From Octopus vulgaris (lineage: Eukaryota), in assembly GCA_951406725.2 (NCBI GenBank), contig OX597834.1, positions 23,622,001 to 23,686,000 on the forward strand: a DNA stretch of 64,000 nt, written 5' to 3'. Positions 1 to 13,563 of this stretch are shown piece after piece. The notes under the pieces were generated by a model. It searched no databases. It saw only the letters and a program-made list of their open reading frames with translations, and was not told the origin of the DNA. Position 1 is the stretch's first letter, and every line of letters begins with the position of its first letter. The translations under genes were made by a program, and so were the position numbers.

Positions 1-1005
1 AGCAATTTTAAATAGAAAAAAAAGTCATTAATCTCAAATTTTCTAAAATTTTCACACCTGGCAAGGCATAAAATACAACTAGGATGTATGTAAAATATTA
101 TTTTTTCTCATGACAATGAACTTAAAAGGAACTGCGTAAAAGGATTAAGATTTGAAAGAAAACCCATATACTCGAAAATTCTAAACATTTTAGAATGAAG
201 CAAAAAAATGTTCTATATGACAAAATAAATGTAAAGAAATATCAGCCCAATCATCTCTTTTACGTTCACTTTTCTATACTTGCACAAGTCAGACAGAATC
301 TGTCGAGGTTGGATGCCCTTCCTGTCACCGACCCTTACTTGTTTCCTGGCAAGGTAATATTTTCCCTTAGCTAAGACACATTTTCCATAGAAGACTAGAA
401 GCAAATAACCTCGCTTGTACGGGGATGATGCTCATTTACAAACATCATGTGATGTGTAAAGGTCACACACAAACACCCACATATGCTGTTCTGGACCCTT
501 CTCTCGTATTTTAATCTCATCTCTGAACATAAAGCCACCTGCCTTTCGATTGTGGCTTCACTTAGCTGAAGGAACTCCTTAATTTCATGAGCTTCATGGT
601 AACCTCATAAGTGCTGGTGTCTTGGAAAGAAGTGCCCAGTTCTCTTTGTAAAGTGGATAGAATTAGGAAGGGCATCCAGCCACAGAAACCATGATAAAGC
701 AGACACTGGAGCAGGATACAGTCCTTGGACCATTGAGATCCTGCCAAAGTGTTCAACCCAGGCCAGCATGAAGCATCATCCATTTATCTTATGTTCAGCA
801 AGATGTCGAAAATCTGCATCGGTAAAGTCTGTTTGATGGTCACAAATGGAAAGTCTTAGATCATACATAAACTGTATGTTGGTTTGATCGGGTTTCATTT
901 AGAGCTAAGTAGCAACACACAAAACATTTTCAGGTATAAATACTCAGGTAGGAATTAATAAAAGAGAAAAATTACAAATGGTGTAAAAATAGGTGGGGTA
1001 AGGGT

Positions 1006-1136
1006 CACTAGCATAGCTAGAATGTGTGCCGCTTGGGGCGGCCCTTCCTTTTGCCACCCTTGGACCCCACAAAAAACACAGCAGACCCAAAAGTGCCACC
1101 TGGGGCAGACTGCCCCCCCTCCCCGCTACACTAGTG
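1006..1136. mobile_element. Small hAT-like MITE
   Basis: Inverted ends cactagcatagc...gctacactagtg with internal tgccrcytggggc repeats; TSD unclear. Confidence 0.4.
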
Positions 1137-1193
1137 GGTAGGATTGAAGGCAGAGAGAAGCAAGTGGTATCAATAGGAATTACATATATTTAC

Positions 1194-1302
1194 CTCTGTC
1201 AAATATAAAATTAGGTTCAATCCCAGAGGTCGGTAGTTGATATATTTCTTGTTACCCATCAAATGTATAGCTACTTCATAACACTTGATTGCAGCATCAC
1301 AA
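1194..1302 (-). CDS. NCF2: p67phox (NCF2)/NOXA1-like NADPH oxidase activator, coding exon 3 (TPR region with beta-hairpin insertion)
   Basis: TTTTCAG acceptor and GAG|GTAAAT donor; 109 nt, phase 2 to 0. Reads (I)CDAAIKCYEVAIHLMGNKKYINYRPLGLNLILYLTE and aligns without gaps to p67phox [36 protein letters not shown] (recalled). The gene continues beyond position 1. Confidence 0.9.
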
Positions 1303-1341
1303 CTGAAAAGACAAAATGATTATAAAGATATATATATATAT

Positions 1342-1513
1342 AGGTGCAAGAGTGGCTGTGTGGTAAGTAGCTTGTTTACCAACCACATGGTTCCGGGTTC
1401 AGTCCCATTGCGTGGCATCTTGGGCAAGTGTCTTCTGCTATAGCCCCGGGCCGACCAATGCCTTGTGAGTGGATTTGGTAGACGGAAACTGAAAGAAGCC
1501 TGTCGTATATATG

Positions 1514-1544
<31 letters not shown>

Positions 1545-1760
1545 GTTTGTGTGTCTGTGTTTGTCCCCCTAGCATTGCTTGACAACCGATGCTGGTGTGT
1601 TTACGTCCCCGTCACTTAGCGGTTCGGCAAAAAGAGACCGATAGAATAAGTACTGGGCTTACAAAGAATAAGTCCCAGGGTCGATTTACTCGATTAAAGG
1701 CGGTGCTCCAGCATGGCCGCAGTCAAATGACTGAAACATGTAAAAGAGTAAAAGAGTATA
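1342..1760 (+). mobile_element. tRNA-derived SINE family A (microsatellite in the middle, gtaaaaga tail)
   Basis: A box gtggctgtgtggt and B box ggttcagtccc. Copies at about 1923-2305, 6345-6700(-), 7631-7923, 10590-11095, 17279-17605, 28715-29118(-), 29131-29541(-), 34135-34503(-), 39546-40007(-), 46340-46730(-) and 62661-63066(-). Confidence 0.85.
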
Positions 1761-1766
1761 TATATT

Positions 1767-1916
1767 GGCGTTAGGAAGGGCATCCAGCCGTAGAAACACT
1801 GCCAGATTTGACTGGGCCTGATGAAGCCTTCTGGCTTCACAGACCCCAGTAGAACCGTCCAACCCATGCTAGCATGGAAAACGGACGCTAAACGATGATG
1901 ATGATGATGATGATGA
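1767..1916 (+). mobile_element. 3' end of the same RTE family
   Basis: ggaagggcatccagc..cccatgctagcatggaaaacggacg..(GAT)n. Further copies at about 2470-2742, 7277-7397(-), 17840-18065, 18870-19033, 40023-40262(-), 43388-43760(-), 44650-45010 and 63840-64000. Confidence 0.75.
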
Positions 1917-3258
1917 TATATAGGCGCAAAAGTGGCTGTGTGGTAAGTAGATTGTTTACCAACCACATGGTTCCGGGTTCAGTCCCACTGCGTGGTATCT
2001 TGGGCAAGTATCTTCTACTATAGCCTCGGGCCGACCAATGTCTTGTGAGTGGACTTGGTAGACGGAAACTGAAAGAAGCCCGTCATATATATGTATATAT
2101 ATGTGTGTGTGTGTATGTTTGTGTGTCTGTGTTTGTTCCCCTAGCATTGCTTGACAACCGATGCTGGTGTGTTTATGTCCCCGTTACTTAGCGGTTCGGC
2201 AAAAAGAGACCGATAGAATAAGTACTGGGCTTACAAAAGAATAAAGGCGGTGCTCCAGCATGGCCGCAGTCAAATGACTGAAACAAGTAAAAGAGCAAAG
2301 AGAGAATAGATGATCATTTTTTGCTTGTTTCAGTCATTGGACTGTGGCCATGCTGGGGCACCACCTTGAAAAATTTTAGTCAAATGAATCAACCACATAA
2401 ATATTCATATACATACACCAGAATATATTTTTCATTTTCTGTCATTTTGTACAATACATATAACAAGGCCAATCTCAAGACACTGAGCCTTATGAAGATG
2501 ACTAAGGAACAAAATATCTGGTGCACTGCTGCACTCCAGAACTGTCCACCACAACAGAATTGATACCAGTGATGGTACGACATAAAAAGCACCCAGTACA
2601 CTCTATGGAGTGGTTGTCATTAGGAAAGGCATCCAGTTGTAGAAACCATGCCACAACAGACAATGGAACTTGATATAGCTTCACCAGCTCCAGTGAAACC
2701 GTCCAATCCAAGCCAGCGTGGAAAACAGATGTTAAATGATGACAAGTCTTCTAAGACTCATTATTATTGTTGCATCAATGTAACATTTATATTGATATAT
2801 AGAACACCCTGTTAAATACTTGGAAGGCCAGGTGGTGGTGGTGGTAGTGGGGGATGTAGATGACAAAATCTCCAAGATTTCCAGTTTCTTCTATATAAAT
2901 TCTACTCACAAGACTTTAGTCAGCTTGAAGTTATAGTGAGAAACTCCGGCTCAAAGTGGCATGCAATAGGATTGAACCCAAATCCACATAACTGAAAAAC
3001 AAATTTCACTGTTTAGCCCCACAGCCATGCTTATCATCAACAACGGGAAAAAATCCCTTTTAAGTCAGACGAGTATTTGAGAGGGTAAAGAGGTTGTTTT
3101 ATGCCAGGGATAAGCAGAGGTGTCTTGGTATAGAGAAGATACATAGCTACCTCAGATACACCCACCCTTATGTGGGAATATCTGATACACCCACCCTTAT
3201 GTGGGAATATCTGAGGGAGTCAAAAATGTTTTTAAAATTCTAGAAACCATGCACTTAC

Positions 3259-3341
3259 ATGTTATATTCCAAGTAAATTGCAGCCATCTGCACATAAGCT
3301 GCAACAAAATGTGTATCCTTGGTCACTGCTTTTTGAAAGTT
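3259..3341 (-). CDS. NCF2: p67phox (NCF2)/NOXA1-like, coding exon 2 (TPR)
   Basis: Polypyrimidine tract with TTTGCAG acceptor and GTAAGT donor; 83 nt, phase 0 to 2. NFQKAVTKDTHFVAAYVQMAAIYLEYN resembles [27 protein letters not shown]. Confidence 0.9.
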
Positions 3342-4620
3342 CTGCAAAGAAGGAGAAAAAATTATTTAATTGAAAATTTAAATGAGTAGTCTCTTTATTT
3401 GTTAGGAATGGCAGCTAAATCACCCATAACATCTGGTTTAAAAATAGGACATCCTGAATGTGAGAATTTCCATCCTCCTTATATCACAGGATGGTCACAG
3501 TTAGCTTGATTGGGGGGAAAGGACTAGGTTTGTTCTACAACAACAGTAATTTTTTAATCACACTTAATCTTTAGTATTGCTATGGCAACTCACATGATTC
3601 GTTAGTCTGTTTTTATCCATCAAATGAAGTTGTGCCTTCACGAGAGGCATCAAATGTTTTTTTAAGTTCATAAAAGCTAAAAGACAGGAAGGTGGAGTGA
3701 GGACATCAAAGAACAACAGTCAAGAGACACATTTGTCTCAAGCTAAGTGAAAAATGTCCATAGCTTGAAGAGAATCAAAGCAAGAGGATTGCCAATGCTT
3801 ATGATGAGACAATCATAGATATGAAGCATTCTGGATTGTGTGTTAGGATAAATTCAAATGTGGAGAAAAGTGGGTTCATAATGATGGTAATGCATTTATT
3901 GTCACAAGCAAGGAGAAAGTGGCTTAGAAATGCTATTTTGAGAGTCTGCTGGGTGGGGAAAACGTGTTGGAGAAAGGGGAACTACCCTTAGTACATCCAT
4001 TTGAGGGAACTGCTGTTGAAGTGGGCTGTTGTATGATCAAAATAGCCACTAAAGATAGGAAAACAGACAAAGCAACAGGCTCATCAGATAGGTTTGCTGA
4101 CAGACCATTATGTTATCCCCATTGCTCAATGTAGGTTAAGAATCTTGCATGAGTTAACTTATAGGAAAGAGGCATGTTCTACTGATTTTAAAATGAAGTT
4201 CACTGGTCATTTTTAGATCCTCCTGAAAGATAAGGATCACCAGTTGCTGTTATTAATGTTCAGATTGTCACAGGTCAGTGGCTTGAGATAGTGGCATTTT
4301 GAAAGAGATGTTAGACCATCACACAAGATGCCTTGTAAGATTTGTTCTCACTCTTTATATTCTAACGTCATATCCCCACCATCATCAACTTTGACTTTCA
4401 TCATTAAAGGTTTGACAAAATAAATTCTGAATCCTGGACTGTAGATTGGTTAAATTGTCGGAATGTTGTACTAAGTGCTTGGCAGTATTTCTTCTGAGGA
4501 AGTAATAGACCAGATATGGGTACACAAGCAAGGGTAACCCAAGAAAGGGTGAACCAAGAACGGGTAAGCAAGGCAGGGATGGCAAACATGCCAATATTTG
4601 ACAAGATGTTGTCTTGTTAA

Positions 4621-4841
4621 CCCCTTTCATTACTGTATTTATTTTGAGATGCTCTGTGCTTCTTTGAATTATTTTAAATATAACAAAGAATTTAGTAAAA
4701 TAACTTAGTTATCATTAAACTAGTGTTAGGAGCATAAATTGTGACTAAGTTTTGGTGGAAGATTTTAATTCAAAACTTATGAAAACAAAATATTTGTACT
4801 CAGAGCCAGAGTCGGTTTCAGCCGGGTTGGTAACGAAAGGG
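4621..4841. mobile_element. piggyBac-type MITE
   Basis: TTAA|CCCCTTTC...GAAAGGG|TTAA; same family at 15898-16117 and 30471-31027. Confidence 0.8.
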
Positions 4842-6084
4842 TTAAACATATTTGAATGAAAGGAGCAGAAAACCACTTTCATCTTCTATGGCAATAGAAT
4901 GGCAAGTACATCATGTCTCTCAAAGGGTCATTTGAAGGTTTGATGGTGCAGAAAGAAGCTATTGATGAGAATTGGGATTAGAAATGGATCCTGAAAACTA
5001 ATTCTAGTCTAGATAGCTAAATCAGAGAAGTGAAAATTTACAGTAAATTAATGACATGATTTGAATTGAAGCATTTAAGTAAATAATTAAATAATTGACT
5101 AAAGAAGTATTTAGGTCAGACATGTTTATTGAAACACCACCAGATAACATCAAAGCGACTTTTAAAAATGAGGGTGGGATTAGCAGAATTAATTGATGGT
5201 AGGACAAACAGCTGTTGTGTTGAGTTACAGTCTTTTACATTTTGAGATCAAATCCTACCAATGTCAAGTTTACCTTTCATTTATTCATAAGAACCAATCA
5301 AATACGGGAATCAGTCTAACCCTTTAGGTACCACCCCACCTAAGATTACTTTTGGTTCTTTAATAGCAAACTTCCTATTTTAAAATGATCTTAATTAAAA
5401 CCCTCTCACAAAATTTTATGTAAAATTATATTCCAAATACCAGCTTAATAACGACAAATTTGTTCTCAAGGTTAACTGAAATAAAAGAAATATGGTAACA
5501 AAATGGATAAGCTTCACCTGGAAATAAAATCTGCTGAACCCTTTTGATATCAGCCTGCCTGAAACCATTCCTCGTTTTAGATACAAATTTACAATTTTAA
5601 AGAGATCTAAATTAAAACCTTCCATCAAACTTTCATGTTAAATTATGTTCTAAAACATCAGCTTAACAATGATAAAGTTATCTTACTATATTCTTCACTA
5701 TTTCCAAAATTAATTCCAAAATCATTACAATATAAAATAAAAAAATGTTGTTGAGTCATTTCTTTGTGTATACATATTAGTTTTCTGCAGTGAAAAACTT
5801 GCTGGTCACATGGATTCTTTGCATGTAGGAGTTAGCTTGATTGGGGGGAAAGGACTAGCTAGAGGGGGAGAAAGGAAGATAACACTGTGTATTGTCATAA
5901 GAAATGTGTTTCCAACTCTTCTCCATTCAGTAATGGAATGCTTATTGATAAAAGGTAGTGACCGGAAAAAACAATAAATGAATAAAAAAGGCTGACCAAC
6001 CTCTACTTTAGATATTTATAAAGTTTAGCAACTAAAGTAGGTCAATTTAAAACAAAAGATTGACCTTTCCATGACCAGAGAAGA

Positions 6085-6350
6085 CATCCAAAACAAGCCC
6101 AGCATTGAATGCAGATGTCTGAAGTGAACCTGGTGATTAGTGTAGAGGCCCAAAGCAAGCCTGGAATTGCAGAGTCCCAAAGTGAGTGTTGAGTGCAGAG
6201 GCCCAAAACAAGCCTGGCATTGAGTGCAGAAGCCCAAAGCAAGCCTAGCATTGCAGAGGCCCAAAGTGAGTGTTGAGTGTAGAGGCCCCAAGTGAGCATG
6301 GCATTGAGTGCAGAGGCCCAAAGTGAGTGTTGAGGACAGAGGCCCATGCT
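6085..6350. repeat. GC-rich minisatellite
   Basis: About 9 units of 25-33 bp around ttgagtgcagaggcccaaag. Confidence 0.85.
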
Positions 6351-6535
6351 GGGGTGTCACCTTGATAGATTTTTGTTGAACAAATCGACCCTAGGACTTT
6401 TTTTAAACATAGTACTTATTCTATCAGTCTGTTATGCCAAACCACTAAGTTATAGGGACGTAAACATACCAACACTGGTTGTCAAGCAGTGGTGGAGGAC
6501 AAACACAGACACAAAGTCACATACGCATAGTTATT

Positions 6536-6575
<40 letters not shown>

Positions 6576-7393
6576 CACACACACACATATGCGATAAGCT
6601 CCTTTCAGTTTCCAAGGTTTTGGTCAGCCTGCCCAAGGTACTATGCAGTGGGACTGAGCCCAGAACTATGTGGTTGGGAACTAAGCTTCTTACCACAGGG
6701 CGACACAATGTACAATATTTTTATCCTATACATATTCCACAAGTGTTTTGGTATCACTGATGTCTTATTAAAGCTCCAAATCCCCAACCCTGACAAGATT
6801 ACTGTGTCTAATGGGACTTATAAGGTCGTACATACCCACACATACAAACAAATACATCCTGTTGTTCTCTCACTTGTCTCCCTCTTTTGCACACACACAC
6901 ACACACATATATATATACATACATACAAACAAATAGGCTAAAACCCTTTTTAAACCTAGTACATATTCCGTCAGTCTCTTTTGCTGAACCATTAAGTTAT
7001 GGGGATGTGAGCACACCAACACTGCTTGTCAAGCAGTGTTGAGTGGACAAACACAGCCACATAGAGACATATACATTATACATACATACATATGATAGAT
7101 CGTTAGCTACTACACACATTTTTTTTCTCTCCTTGTTTTTTATGTGTATCTTTCTGTAGAAGAGCGTAGGCTCAAAATGTAAAAGACTTTTTCTATTCCT
7201 GAGCGCTATACTAATACATTTGTTTGTTTGTACACCACCTGCCTTCATCTTTTGTTTATTTTCGTAAACTTTCCCTATCATCATCATCATCATCATCGTT
7301 TAACGTCCGTTTTCCGCGCTAGCATGGGTTGGACGGTTCGACCGGGTCTGGGGAGCCAGGGGCTGCCCCAGGCTCCAGTCTGATCTGACAGTG

Positions 7394-7444
<51 letters not shown>

Positions 7445-7960
7445 ACAGGCATCTTTTAGTTTCTATCTACCTAATCTATCCACAAGGCTTTGTTCAGCCC
7501 AAGGTTGTAGGTTAAGTCACTTACATAAAGTGCAATGCAGTGGGACTGAACCTGGAACCATGTGGTTGGGAAGCAAGCTTCTTACCACCCAGCCACTCCT
7601 GTGTCCTACAACACACACACACACATATATAGGCACAGGTGTCTCACTGCGTGGCACTTTGAGCAAGTGTCTTCTACTATAGTCTCAGGCCGACCAAAGC
7701 GGATTTGGTAGACGGAAATACATACATTTATATATGTATGTATTTGTGTGTCTGTGTTTGTCCGATGTCAGTGAGTTTACATCCCTGTAACTTAGTGGTT
7801 CAACAAAAGAAACTGATAGAATAAGTACTAGGCTTACAAAGAATAAGTCTTGAGGTTGATTTGTTCAACTAAAGGTGATGCTCCAACATGGCTGCAGTCA
7901 AATGACTTAAACAAGTAAAAGAATATATATATGCATTATATATATCTGTATGTGTGTGTG

Positions 7961-7995
<35 letters not shown>

Positions 7996-8098
7996 CACTT
8001 TGTATGATTTTCTGGCTTTGTATGTATGAGTGTGCATATACTTATGTACATATATGAATACATACATGCACTTAGATACATGTACATCTATACATGTA

Positions 8099-8132
<34 letters not shown>

Positions 8133-8133
8133 C

Positions 8134-8298
8134 TCAAAATAAGCAACAAGAATAACTCCGGAATAATTACCAGAGTTATTCTTGTTGCTTATTTTGATTA
8201 TAATCACCCCATGGATTTTTATGGATAACACCATACAGAATTCTGGTGCATCTAAATTAAGTACCATATTCATTTGAATCTAAATTTTTGATGAACTT
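8134..8298 (+). mobile_element. Penelope-like hairpin-plus-tail insertion in (TA)n
   Basis: 25-bp inverted arms (8134-8158 and 8173-8197) plus a tail; relatives at about 45121-45220, 60551-60670 and, inverted, 35590-35790. Confidence 0.6.
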
Positions 8299-8572
8299 AT
8301 ATATATATGTATATATGTATATATATATATATATGCATATATGTATATATATATATATATGCATATATGTATATATATATATATATGCATATATGTATAT
8401 ATATATATATCATTTTAAATATAAGTTTAAAATATATATATGTATATATATATATATATGCATATATGTATATATATATATATATGCATATATGTATATA
8501 TATATATGCATATATGTATATATATGCATATATGCATATATGTATATATATATATGCATATATGTATATATA

Positions 8573-8617
<45 letters not shown>

Positions 8618-8640
8618 ATACATACATACACACACATATG
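8299..8640. repeat. (TA)n / TATATGCA compound microsatellite
   Basis: Seen directly. Confidence 0.95.
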
Positions 8641-10848
8641 ACTCATACATCAGTGTTTGTACTGTTTGTATAGAATGTGTATCCCTATTTATTTATATAT
8701 ACACACCCACCAACATGTGTCATTTGAAAAGAATTAAACAAAAAAAGACACCCAGTGGTGACAAAGTGACTCATCAATATCAAACAAACTCTTGATTGGC
8801 ACATTTTCTCCAAACACATGCGTAGGTGTGTTTGTGTGTGTTTTCAAGGTGTTTTTATGTGCATGTGTGTGTATATAATTTCATGATGTTAGTATGTGTG
8901 TGTAAGTTTCCATGGTGTTAGACCATGTATGTGTAGATGTATATTTTATTGGCTCCGTTGAGATGTGTGACAGCTGTATGACTCGAAAATCAATGTGAAG
9001 TGTGGTTAACTGAACAACGTGACTCTACCATAATACAATCTTGTTTTTAATTTCTAAATAAACATCTCAGGTTGTGTAACTTCCCGAAGCAAACAGAAGT
9101 TAACCCTTTTGATACCAACCCAACTGAGACCACTCTGGTTCTGTGATACAAATTTTCTGCTTATGTTCTAAATTAAAACACTTCATTAAAATTTCAAGCT
9201 AATTTATAATCAAAATAGCAGCTTATACATACATACATGCATACACAGGCGTATGTATGTACATGCATACGTACATACATACACACATGTATGCATACAT
9301 ACACACATACATACGTACATATATATGACGAACTAACTGTTACTTTCTCAGATGCAGCATGGATTTTTGTCAGTGAACAGGTCGTGGATTTTAGCGACGA
9401 AAATATTTTGACAAATTAAACTTAAATGTTGAAGTGAATCGAACGGCTTTTGTGTGTTTCTTAAATGGCTTATAAACACCTTCCACGCTGCAATTGTTAT
9501 AGACAGGGTTGTTTTCCTAAATATTTCATTATTTTCAAAATTATTTGACACAATGGAGGTTTATTTTGACAGCAATATCATAACAAAAGTGTTAAATAAA
9601 ATATTGGTGCTACACTTCTTAGCATAGGTCTTTCAGGAGCCCTAAAATTCAAAAGGCTGAAACTTAATCCAGTTTGCATGGCGTATATGTGACAAAGATT
9701 ACAATACCGCCACCCCTGGATAGGATGCTGGTCCATCATAGGGCTAATTTCCCAACTATTGCTGGAATTCGTTTACAGCTGAGTGGACCAGAGCAATGGG
9801 AAATGAAGTGTTGTGTTCAAAAACACAATGCACTGCCTGATCCAGGAATTGAAACCATGATCTTACAGTTGTGAGAGCAATACCCTAACCACTGGGCCAC
9901 GTGCCTTCACTATTTTGTTACATTTGATTTAATTTAATTGCAAGCAAATGAAGGTGCTTTTACCAAGACAATGAGAGCTTCTATTAGTTAAATCTCCCTT
10001 AAATTACACTCAGTCATCATAAAAAAAAAGAACGGAAGGACACATTGGATGCAAATACAGAATGGTTATAACTTGGTTTTTGATCATAGATCTACTCAAT
10101 AAGTACTGACCTAGGGCTGAACAACAACAAACAACAACAACAACTTGGCTTTGGAAATTGAGAGACGGGGGTGGGTGGGGAGGAAGTTGTGCCAGAGTTG
10201 TTTAACAATGTTATATCAGGCGTTTGTTAACGTATGTGATGACGACAATTGGGCTCATTATATTCAGCACTTACAAATCACAAATAATACTCCTTGATCA
10301 TTAAACGGAGCATGAGAACGCACTAAAACCCAAGTCAGTCATGTTAAAAGCCAACAACACAAAACACAAACATTAACACACATACCATCATTATTGCTAC
10401 TTAACATTCATTTTGGAATGGTTGGATGGTTTGACAAGAGCTTGCTAGCCAGAGAGCTACGCCAGGCTCCAATTATCTGTTTTGGCTTGCTTGCTATGGC
10501 TGGATGCCCTTCCTAGCACCAACCACTTCAGAGTTTACTGGGAGTTTTTTTATGTAGCACTGGCACAGGTGCTTTATATGTGGCATCGACGTGGCTGTGT
10601 GGTAAGGAGCTTACTTACGAACCACATGGCTCCAGGTTCAGTCTTATTGCATGGCACATTGGGCAAGTGTCTTCTACTATAGCCTCGTCTGACCAAAGCC
10701 TTGTGAGTGAATTTGGTAGATGGAAACTGAAAGAAACCCATCATATAGATACATACATACATACATATATATATATATACATATACATCATCATCATCAT
10801 CATATATATATATTAATCTGCAACAAGATTATTCATCTTTCTATTTCA

Positions 10849-10892
<44 letters not shown>

Positions 10893-13563
10893 GTATTTGT
10901 GTCTCTGTTTTTGTCTTCACACCATTGCTTGTTAATGTGTTTACGTCCCCGTAACTTAGCAGTGCAGCACAAGAGACTGATAGAATAAGTACTAGGCTTA
11001 CTAAGAATAAGTCCTGGGGTCAATTTGTTTGACGGTGCTAAAGGCAGTGCTCCAGCATGGCCGCAGTCAAATGACTCAAAACAAATAAAAAAAGTATATA
11101 TACACAAATAAATAAAGGTACCAAAATACCAGCTTGGTTAAAGTAGCGAATATATAGTAATGGTAGAAAAGACAAAGAGGAGACACAAGAATATGGGAGA
11201 ATTAGGGGATGTAATGTGTTGCCTACTGTTTATAACTCAGTCTGAGGGTCTCTTTATGGACACGGGCGTGTGACATTTGTGTCATCAAGCAACCACAATA
11301 CCACCATCCCATACATGGAAGATGTGTTCCAGTGTTGCGGTTTTTGGCATTTTGAGAGAATTACCAACTGATGAGGGCTGAAGTGAAAGCCTGATCTTTC
11401 TGACAAAGCTGTGGTGTGAGCGAGAGGGGGGGAGAGGGAGAGAGTGAGTGAGTGTGTGTGTGTATGAGGATACAATGAGAGAATGATGGAAAATGTGAGA
11501 CCCAGAATTTGTAGCAACTTTGAAGGTTTTAAATTTGTATGTTATGAAATAATTATTTCTAAATTAGGCATAAGTGAAGGTACATGGCTTAGTGGTTAGG
11601 GTGTTGGACTCGTGATTGTAAGATTGTGGTTTCGATTCCTGGACTAGGCAATGCACTATGTTCTTGAGCAAAACTCTTCATTTCATGTTGTTCCAGTTCA
11701 CTCAGCTGGCAAAAAGGAGTAATCCTGTGATGGACTGGCGTCCCATCCAGGGAGGTATATACATATCAGAGAAACCAGGGCTATGCTCCTAGGGGAGCAA
11801 TGTTGGCTGACCAAATTAGAGCATAATGCCAGTGGTTTTGAGGGGTAAACATTGGTTAGATAAAGCGTCAATGTAATGAAAACTTTATCTAACCCAGAGA
11901 GATGAAAGACAAAACTGACTTTTGTCAATATTTGAACTCAGAATGCAAAGAGCTGGAACCAATGTTGCAAAGCATTTTCTCCATGCTCTAACAATTCAGT
12001 CAGTCCACTGCACTCTTGATGGGAAAAAAAAAATGTTGTTCTTGTTCAACCTTGGTAGAACAAACAGATGATTGAAAGATATTCCTTCTATCATATTTCT
12101 GCATCACAAACTACACAATCCAATGTCTCTCTCTCTTTCTCTTTATTTGAAATAGTAATATGTGATTTGGTGGCTGCTATTTCTAGCAATTTTAATAACC
12201 CAGTAGAGACTAACATTGCTTTCTTTACAGAAACAGGTGTTTAGGACTAGGCCAACAGTGATACAGCGGATCTATGACCATGCCATGATCATCCTGTCCT
12301 TGTCTTTCATTTTTTTATACAGTAGGATTTTGTTTGAGAGAGATTTGGTAGTTGTTTCTAGTACATAGAGGGACCAGATAGAGGCACCAATAACCTACCT
12401 TGATTGCTCTGTCAAATTACTGTTGAGAGCCGAGAATTCCCCCAAAGGGCAGAACAAGGTGACACTAAACCAATCCACTTTATCCTCAATTAACAGTTCA
12501 ATTCCACCAGGTTTATTTTAATGGTATTGAAAATCATCATCATCATCGTTTAATGTCCATTTTTCCATGGTCATAGGGGACAGACAGAATTTCATAAAGC
12601 GGATTTTCTATGGCCAGAAGCCTTTCCTGTTGCCAACCCTCACCTGCTTCCAAGTAAAACTAATATTTTGTCCCCCACCCAACCTAAAACCAGACATGGA
12701 AGATTGGACACAAAGAATACCCCTTCGTGATCGTGACACTCATTTATGACTATCACTTGATGTTCAGGCAAGGATACAGTAACACACACACACACACACG
12801 GCTTCTTTCAGTTTGTATCTACAAAATCTACTCATGAGGCTTTCATCAATCTGGGTGTATTGTAGAAGATACATACCATACACAAGATGTCATGCAATGA
12901 ATGACTTCACCGAAAACTATGTGGTTACACACCCACACCTGTGCTTGGGTAGTTAAGAAAAATACAGCCTTAATAAATATTTACTGCTGTCAGGTAATGT
13001 ACAAAAACATTAACCTGAATGAACATAAAAGAAACTGTGGCCTTGGCGACTACATGTATGAATGATTATCACAAAGTTAAGTGCATATACATACATATAT
13101 AATTGGGCCATGAATAGATAAGTATTTACATAATAACCTCGTGCTAAGCCATGTGCTTAAACAAAAAGAATAAGAGGAAGAAATGAATGTTTATATACTG
13201 TTCAAGTCTGTCACAGTATTGAGGCATTGTGTTTCTAGCATGGCCTTGTGCTAAATTTATAAGTGAATACTTTCAATAAAAATCGCTGAAATATTTTTTA
13301 TGGTTGTTAGTGGATGGGTGTGGTAGTATTTAGTAGCATCAAAGAAAATATAATAATGAAGTTACTGTCGGTATTTCTTAGATGTACAAAAACTGTCTCC
13401 ATTTTCACATGAAACTTAATAAATTATATCATTCCACACACCACTCTTACTCTCTTTGTCTCTCTAATTTTCTCTTTTATCCATTTGCACTATAACAGCA
13501 AGTCCTGAAGTAACTGAGCCATGCTACAACCCAGACAATGACTGCACTATAATACACGACCTT

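Noticed and set aside
781-900. Minus-strand peptide FTDADFRHLAE resembling an AAA-ATPase segment
   Set aside because: It overlaps an old dispersed repeat, has no convincing splice sites and the similarity is too short.
8288-8795. Long YI/IY/CV-rich ORFs here and at 32791-33192, 44269-44850, 50832-51505 and 58909-59474
   Set aside because: They are translations of (TA)n, (CA)n and (CATA)n microsatellites that lack stop codons.
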